Source: Syntrophorhabdaceae bacterium (GTDB lineage: Bacteria > Desulfobacterota > Syntrophorhabdia > Syntrophorhabdales > Syntrophorhabdaceae). Taken from it: DNA of 64,000 nucleotides. Shown here piece by piece: positions 58,763 through 64,000 of the stretch. Position numbers and translations under genes: made by a program. Under the pieces are notes generated by a model. That model did not search any database, had not been told where the DNA came from, and saw only the letters and a list, made by a program, of their open reading frames with translations. Each line of letters opens with the position of its first letter. Position 1 is the first letter of the stretch. Location of the stretch: NCBI GenBank assembly GCA_963665295.1, contig OY762209.1, forward strand, positions 1,536,001 to 1,600,000. Direction: 5' to 3'.

Positions 58763-61700
58763 CTACCAGATCAGCCGCAGTTCGGGACTCGTGAAATACT
58801 CGTGCCGGAAGTGTTCCGGAATGCTCGCGTGGTGTTTCAGACAGAACCAGACGATCTGGCTGTCGAGGGCCTTGACGGGCGTCTCCTGAATATCGGCGGG
58901 AGCATGGTAGTGGGGGAGATAATGAATGCCATTCTCCTCCTCGCCTCGTAAGCATTCGTTATTCTCGTAGCATTTCTGGCATCTCACGGCAAAGGACGGG
59001 CTTTGCTGCCCCGGCCGGCCGAACCTTATGCCTGCCGTGGGAAGACCGATAGTGAGGCCGATATCTCCCGTGACAGCGGAAGCTCCGGTCCCTTTATCGA
59101 GTTCATTGAGGGCGCATGCCACTATGTGCCTGTATGACTGCAGCTCTTCGGGCAATTCGCCTACAATCATGAGCCTCGGCGTTTCTTCCTCGTGGTCCCG
59201 AAGAGAGCAAAACAAGTCGTATACCCCTGTGACCCCAAGGTGATTCTTGTACCGGTATTCGGCGGTTCTGAGGGCGTAGGCGGTAAAAAGGTTGACGCAA
59301 TTATCGACTATTTCATCGATAAGCGCTTTACCGGCGCGGGAAATGGGCTTCTGGCGCGCCAACTTGCCGAGTGTCTTTGTCAATTCGTTCAGGCACTCCA
59401 CAAGTTTTCCTATCTGTTCGTCCTTCTCCATTCCCGCCCTTTCTTTGTCGATAGCGTACAGGTCGAGCCGTACGAGATAGTCTACGAAGACCGCCTTCTT
59501 TTCCTCCAGCAACGTTCCGGCTTCACTGCGCTCAAGCCCGCTTTCAACGACCGGATCACAGAACCAGCATTTCAGCAGGTCCCGGAGAAAGGTCTCATAG
59601 GTGCCCTTAATGGTATAGGTCATCAGCTCCCTCAGCTTGATGTCCCCCAGATGAGCCACCATGATATCAACGTCCTTGTACATTTCGTTAATGTTGGAAT
59701 AGTTCTCCGTATCGCCGGTGACGCCCAGCCTTACCACGGGCTGAACCTGTTTTTCCTTCAGACGAGGCAGCTTTTTGTTGCGGTGTTCCAGCACCATCCG
59801 ATTCAGCTTTCGCCGTTCCCTCAGATCCTCAAGGGAAGACCCCGGTTCCCCCTCGCGATTGCCGAGGGACTCCTCAAAGGTCTTTATATGCTCCGGGTAC
59901 GAGCTGTCGTCGAACTCTGTGTAAAGGCCTTTTTCCTTCAATTTCTCGTTTAATTCCGCGATCTGGCCCACGTACTCGGCGGCGGGACCCGTGAATTCCG
60001 CTGCCTCGAACCTTACGATCGCCTCCGGGTCGAAGAGATGAAAGATAAACCCCACCGAAGAGTATTTATCGATAAGTTCGTCGTGCCATGCGGGGATGAC
60101 CTCGATTCTCATGTGGTAGCTCTGCAGGAGGTCTATTATCTGGTTGCTGCCAAGCTCGTTGTAGTCGGCTCGATGCCTGCCGTCCGACCTCTCTTCCCAC
60201 CGGCTCGATTGAAGAAGAAAGATCTTCCTGATACGAATCTTTTTTGCGTGGAGCCAATTGCTGTACTTTCTGTATGCTCCTTCATTCAGGAAGAGGTCAA
60301 GATGTTTTTCCCTGCGGGTAATGGCGTTCCCCTTGCCTGTGAAATAGCTCCTGGCTTCCTGCACCTGATTCCATTCCTCCACCAGTGTGAGAATGGTGTT
60401 CAGTTCGTCCTCGTGATCGGGGTGGGTATGAGTGACCACAATGGCATCGATATCTTCAATCGAAAAACCCTGTTCGTAAAAATTCTGCACAAAATCATAG
60501 CCGGGGTCTATCACCAGGCCCTTGCCTTCCCAGAATAAAAAGTACCCCCCGCCTCTAATATCCTGCCCCTTGGGCCGCGGCACTTTCGGGTTAAACGACT
60601 GCCATCGCCGCAAGACTACAAATTTGTTGAGAGGCGGCCTTTTCGTCGTCTTTTGCCTTGTTTTGTAGCCTTCCTGCTCCAGATAACGTGACACCTTTCC
60701 GGGGATGGACGCAATATTCCCCACATTGACCAGAGATAGTCGGGCGATGTTTGCACACATCCATTTAAGCTCTTCGGTCTTCTTGATGTCCCGGGGGAGG
60801 TGCTTGAGGTAGAGATAACTGAAGAGCCGTTCAATCTTGTTCGTTTTGAATGTTGCCGACTTGAGAGCGGGTGCAGCCGCTCTCAAGTCTTCCGGTGTTC
60901 CAACCTCCGGTCCCTGCTGCTCCGGTTTCCCGGTCTCCGATCTCTCAGCTTCCAGCCTGTCGGCATCCCGCCTGCGCGCTTTGCCGCCCGGGTAAAGGAT
61001 TGCGTAGGTGTAGTCGCCGAGTTCCGAGGTCTTTCCGAACCCCCTCAGGTATTCACCTATTTCGTCCCTTACGGCCGAGTCGAAATCGTTCCATTTGACT
61101 ATCTTCTTTATTATCTCCGAAAGGTCATATCCGGGATCCCTGGGGACAAGGGTGCCATAGAGCTTTTCCATGGCAAGGCGGGTTAAGAAAGGCCTGCAAT
61201 CGACTCTGCCCTCATCTATCTGATCCCGCAGAGTAATTGCATCGGGATGACTCAGTTCCAGGTCCCTGGTCCAGATTCTTTCGAGAAAGTCCTGATCCGA
61301 CAGAAGTTCGTTCAGGCTATCGCAGCCATTTTCGGGCTTTTCCGGAAGAGACGCATGTCCTTTCATGCGGATTGTGCGGCAAAGTCCCTCCGCCTCTTTC
61401 GCGTTTTTGCTCTGTGAAAAGAAGGGTGTATAGGGAAATTTCTCGATCTCCGGCCTCTCGCGGATGGTGAACAGTATGAAGCCGAGCCGTGCAACGATGT
61501 CGGACAGGACGCGGTCCTCCTTGGATAATTCGAGCGGCTCCGGGAAGTACCGCGTAACCGTCTTTCTAAGCTCATCTATGTCGAGGAGCGGGAGCTTGGC
61601 TGCGCCGGTTTTGGCAAAAATGGGCTTGCGAGGAGTATTCTTTCTAATCTGGAACATTTCGCTAAGGTCTTGATCCTGATAGGGCTTGATAAAGAGGCTC

Positions 61701-62725
61701 AAAACCATATCCCGGCGCAGGCTCTCTCCGGAAAAGTAGCCGATGTTCTTGAGTATCTCCCGTATTTCCGTCACCTTTCGATCCTCGTCTGCCCAGGCAC
61801 GGTGCTGATCGTCAAGCTGGGGTGCGGTGACGAGACATTGGGCACGGCACATTTGAAACAAGAGAGACATGGATGAAAGCACCTGAATGAGCGATTCGAG
61901 AATCGAACCCCTGTCGAAGAGAAGTTTCGATGCCTCAAAGTGGGTCTTGTAGAAGGTACTGCAAAACAAACGGGGATCGGTTGCCTTTTCGGGCTCGGGT
62001 TCAAGGGGGACCGGCAAGTTCTCCATGGACCTTATCGCCCTGTAATAATAGTCGAGGGCATTTTCGTTGAAATTGATCTGTTTGCAGATATTCCCCTTGA
62101 AAATGTCGATGATGGGCTGAAGAAGGCATATGAGCGACCCATAGTCCAGATAGTTGTCGTCGGTGAATACGAACTGTTGCAGTTTCGTGGTGCAGAAGAT
62201 ATAGTGGTTCCCCCTGTCTTCCATGCGAAAACCGAAAAACAGGTCATGGAGGAGCGCGTCCGCCTGATGGAGATCGTTAAGGGCCGATGTGGAGCCCGAG
62301 TACCCGCCTATACTTGATTGCTTCCTTGACCAGAAGCGGCAGTGGCCTCTCAGTAAATAAAGAAAGATAGTAGACAATACCTTTTTGATTTCATCAGGGT
62401 TCTTGAAGTTGGAATGGTCGTACTGGAACTGTCTCCGGGACAGGACATCCTCCTTCTCGCATTCTCCAATCAGAGAACCGGTTGCGACAAAAAGCCCCTC
62501 GAGGGCCTTCGCCTTATTCTTGTCTCCGTCGGCCTTCTGGTAATCTCTCAAACACTTCGCCGCCGGCGCGTACTCGGAAGCGGCGCCGGTCTTGTCGAAA
62601 AATTTCCCGGCGACGCCATAACTCCCCATGAAATGGAAGAGGCAGCCGTAAAGAAACGGATCAAGGTTCGCAATGTCCGTGGAAAACACCGTGTTCGGGG
62701 TCAATGTGTCCATGTTTGCAGTCAT
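58763..62725 (-). CDS. 1320-aa protein with N-terminal helical region and C-terminal MBL-fold (RNase Z-like) metallohydrolase
   Basis: LRRWQSFNP, GGGYF, LVIDPG, THTHPDH (HxHxDH), PAWH, TGDT, AHLG, NHLG and C-terminal CxxC...CxxH; SD GAGGAG. Confidence 0.85.
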   Translation of the reverse strand: MTANMDTLTPNTVFSTDIANLDPFLYGCLFHFMGSYGVAGKFFDKTGAASEYAPAAKCLRDYQKADGDKNKAKALEGLFVATGSLIGECEKEDVLSRRQFQYDHSNFKNPDEIKKVLSTIFLYLLRGHCRFWSRKQSSIGGYSGSTSALNDLHQADALLHDLFFGFRMEDRGNHYIFCTTKLQQFVFTDDNYLDYGSLICLLQPIIDIFKGNICKQINFNENALDYYYRAIRSMENLPVPLEPEPEKATDPRLFCSTFYKTHFEASKLLFDRGSILESLIQVLSSMSLLFQMCRAQCLVTAPQLDDQHRAWADEDRKVTEIREILKNIGYFSGESLRRDMVLSLFIKPYQDQDLSEMFQIRKNTPRKPIFAKTGAAKLPLLDIDELRKTVTRYFPEPLELSKEDRVLSDIVARLGFILFTIRERPEIEKFPYTPFFSQSKNAKEAEGLCRTIRMKGHASLPEKPENGCDSLNELLSDQDFLERIWTRDLELSHPDAITLRDQIDEGRVDCRPFLTRLAMEKLYGTLVPRDPGYDLSEIIKKIVKWNDFDSAVRDEIGEYLRGFGKTSELGDYTYAILYPGGKARRRDADRLEAERSETGKPEQQGPEVGTPEDLRAAAPALKSATFKTNKIERLFSYLYLKHLPRDIKKTEELKWMCANIARLSLVNVGNIASIPGKVSRYLEQEGYKTRQKTTKRPPLNKFVVLRRWQSFNPKVPRPKGQDIRGGGYFLFWEGKGLVIDPGYDFVQNFYEQGFSIEDIDAIVVTHTHPDHEDELNTILTLVEEWNQVQEARSYFTGKGNAITRREKHLDLFLNEGAYRKYSNWLHAKKIRIRKIFLLQSSRWEERSDGRHRADYNELGSNQIIDLLQSYHMRIEVIPAWHDELIDKYSSVGFIFHLFDPEAIVRFEAAEFTGPAAEYVGQIAELNEKLKEKGLYTEFDDSSYPEHIKTFEESLGNREGEPGSSLEDLRERRKLNRMVLEHRNKKLPRLKEKQVQPVVRLGVTGDTENYSNINEMYKDVDIMVAHLGDIKLRELMTYTIKGTYETFLRDLLKCWFCDPVVESGLERSEAGTLLEEKKAVFVDYLVRLDLYAIDKERAGMEKDEQIGKLVECLNELTKTLGKLARQKPISRAGKALIDEIVDNCVNLFTAYALRTAEYRYKNHLGVTGVYDLFCSLRDHEEETPRLMIVGELPEELQSYRHIVACALNELDKGTGASAVTGDIGLTIGLPTAGIRFGRPGQQSPSFAVRCQKCYENNECLRGEEENGIHYLPHYHAPADIQETPVKALDSQIVWFCLKHHASIPEHFRHEYFTSPELRLIW

Positions 62726-62892
62726 GTTCTCCTCTTCTAATAAATTGACAGTACGAGCAGGGCTTTACGTGCAGAATCTGCTTACGGGGCTCCACCTTTG
62801 CTGTTTTTGATACTCTTAGTGTTATTCTCCGAAAATAACACCCTTTTTTCAAGAGGAAAAGGAGACAATTGTTCGATTTTTCGATATCACGG

Positions 62893-62934
62893 AAAAGGCG
62901 GGCCGCAACCCGTGAGGATTGCGGCCCGCCTTTT
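62893..62934. terminator. Intrinsic terminator downstream of the last dctP
   Basis: AAAAGGCGGGCCGCAA...TTGCGGCCCGCCTTTT perfect 16-bp inverted repeat with A/T tails. Confidence 0.85.
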
Positions 62935-62970
62935 ATCGGTTATAGGACGGAGGAGTTGCTAACCCGCTCT

Positions 62971-64000
62971 TTAATAGTGATACGCCGTAGGCACCTTCTG
63001 AGCCTTTTCCTGAGCCTTCCAGTACTCGATCCGCTCATTGATGAAGCTCAGCCATGTGTCTACTTCCGCAGCCTTGAATCCCTTGGAGATGAGATCCTTC
63101 TTGTAATCCGCCACTACGGGCTGCACGGCCTTCACCATCTTCGCCTGCTCGGCGTCGGAGACGGGAAGCACCTGACCGCCGAGTTTCGTGAAGTAATCCC
63201 GGCCTTCGATGTCTATCCTGTTCCATTCCACCGCCCACCTGTTCAGGAACTCCTTGGAGAATTCCGTAAAGGTCTTCTGTACGTCCGGGGGAAGGCTGTT
63301 CCATCTGTTCTTGTTCATGACAACGTAGAACTGAAAAACACTGCCGATCTTCCATGTGGCGGAGGCATATTTCTCCACTTCGCCGAGCTTGAAGCCTTTG
63401 AGGGTCTCAAGAGGGGTGTAGGTGCCGTCGATGACCGCTCTTCTCAGGGCTTCATAGAGGTCGACCGTCTCGATGGGCATGGGTACCGCGCCTAAGGCCT
63501 TCACGATATCGCCGATCCTGCCCGTGCCCCTGATCTTCATACCCTTAAGCTCTTCGAGGGTCTTTACGGGCTTCTTCAGCGTCTGGATCACGTTCGGGGG
63601 GCTTGTGGAGAACATGAGGGCATGATAGCCGTCCCACTCTTTCGGTTTGAACTTCTCATAAAAATCCATGCTCACGTGGCTCGCAATCCAGCTGCTCGGG
63701 AATCCGAGGGGTAACTCCATGACCTCGAGCACAGGGAAGCGTCCCCTCGAGTAGGAGCAATGGGAGAGGCCGATATCGGCAATCCCGCTCGACACGCCTG
63801 CGGCCATCTTGGTTGCGGTAAGAAGGGTGCCGCCCGTGTACTGGGTAACCTCCACCTTGCCCGCGAGCTTCTTGTTGATCTCTTCGCAGTACTTGCCCAT
63901 CATTACCGAGTTCATATGGGTGGGCGGAAAGTAGTTTGCGAATTTGAGTTTCACCACATCCGCGCCGGCAAAGGAAGAGAAGGATACGAGAAGTGAAAAA
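62971..64000 (-). CDS. dctP: TRAP transporter substrate-binding protein DctP (5' end outside window)
   Basis: The frame is open to the window edge (FSLLVSFSSFAGADVVKLKFANY...); close paralog of 40734-41795. Confidence 0.92.
   Translation of the reverse strand, partial: FSLLVSFSSFAGADVVKLKFANYFPPTHMNSVMMGKYCEEINKKLAGKVEVTQYTGGTLLTATKMAAGVSSGIADIGLSHCSYSRGRFPVLEVMELPLGFPSSWIASHVSMDFYEKFKPKEWDGYHALMFSTSPPNVIQTLKKPVKTLEELKGMKIRGTGRIGDIVKALGAVPMPIETVDLYEALRRAVIDGTYTPLETLKGFKLGEVEKYASATWKIGSVFQFYVVMNKNRWNSLPPDVQKTFTEFSKEFLNRWAVEWNRIDIEGRDYFTKLGGQVLPVSDAEQAKMVKAVQPVVADYKKDLISKGFKAAEVDTWLSFINERIEYWKAQEKAQKVPTAYHY

Overview
A gene-dense window from a moderately high-GC anaerobic Gram-negative bacterium. 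The gene content suggests Desulfobacterota/Deltaproteobacteria, probably Syntrophorhabdus-like, but this is inference. The left part (1-39.5 kb) is mostly housekeeping: rmuC, DUF62 SAM hydrolase-mtnA-gatB, trxA, rsmG-parA-parB, a partial ATP synthase operon (b', b, delta, alpha, gamma, beta, epsilon), exeAB, a non-canonical EF-G, dtd, mnmA, ctpA, an RluA enzyme, PBP1A and an adenine deaminase-like enzyme. It is interrupted by a large secreted GH9 glycoside hydrolase and by a small accessory islet (28.0-31.0 kb) bounded by two long palindromic elements. The right part (39.8-64 kb) is a carboxylic-acid catabolic cluster with IclR and GntR regulators, one TRAP DctQM with four DctP proteins, a LarA-family racemase, two aryl-acid adenylating enzymes, an enoyl-CoA hydratase and a four-subunit 2-oxoacid oxidoreductase whose delta subunit has a GltD-like flavoprotein inserted. 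An orphan 1320-aa metallo-beta-lactamase-fold protein sits inside this cluster. The most unusual signals are: (1) a single ORF fusing lipoprotein BamD to an LptA-type beta-jellyroll via a long Ala/Pro/Lys linker; (2) the giant MBL/RNase Z-like protein with a duplicated helical module; (3) an FmdB zinc-ribbon gene whose UGA is followed by a SECIS-like hairpin; (4) the LarA/OFOR/TRAP catabolic module; and (5) 138-nt and 268-nt rod-like palindromes. I found no tRNA, rRNA, CRISPR array, integrase or transposase. All family calls come from motif recognition by eye, not database searches.
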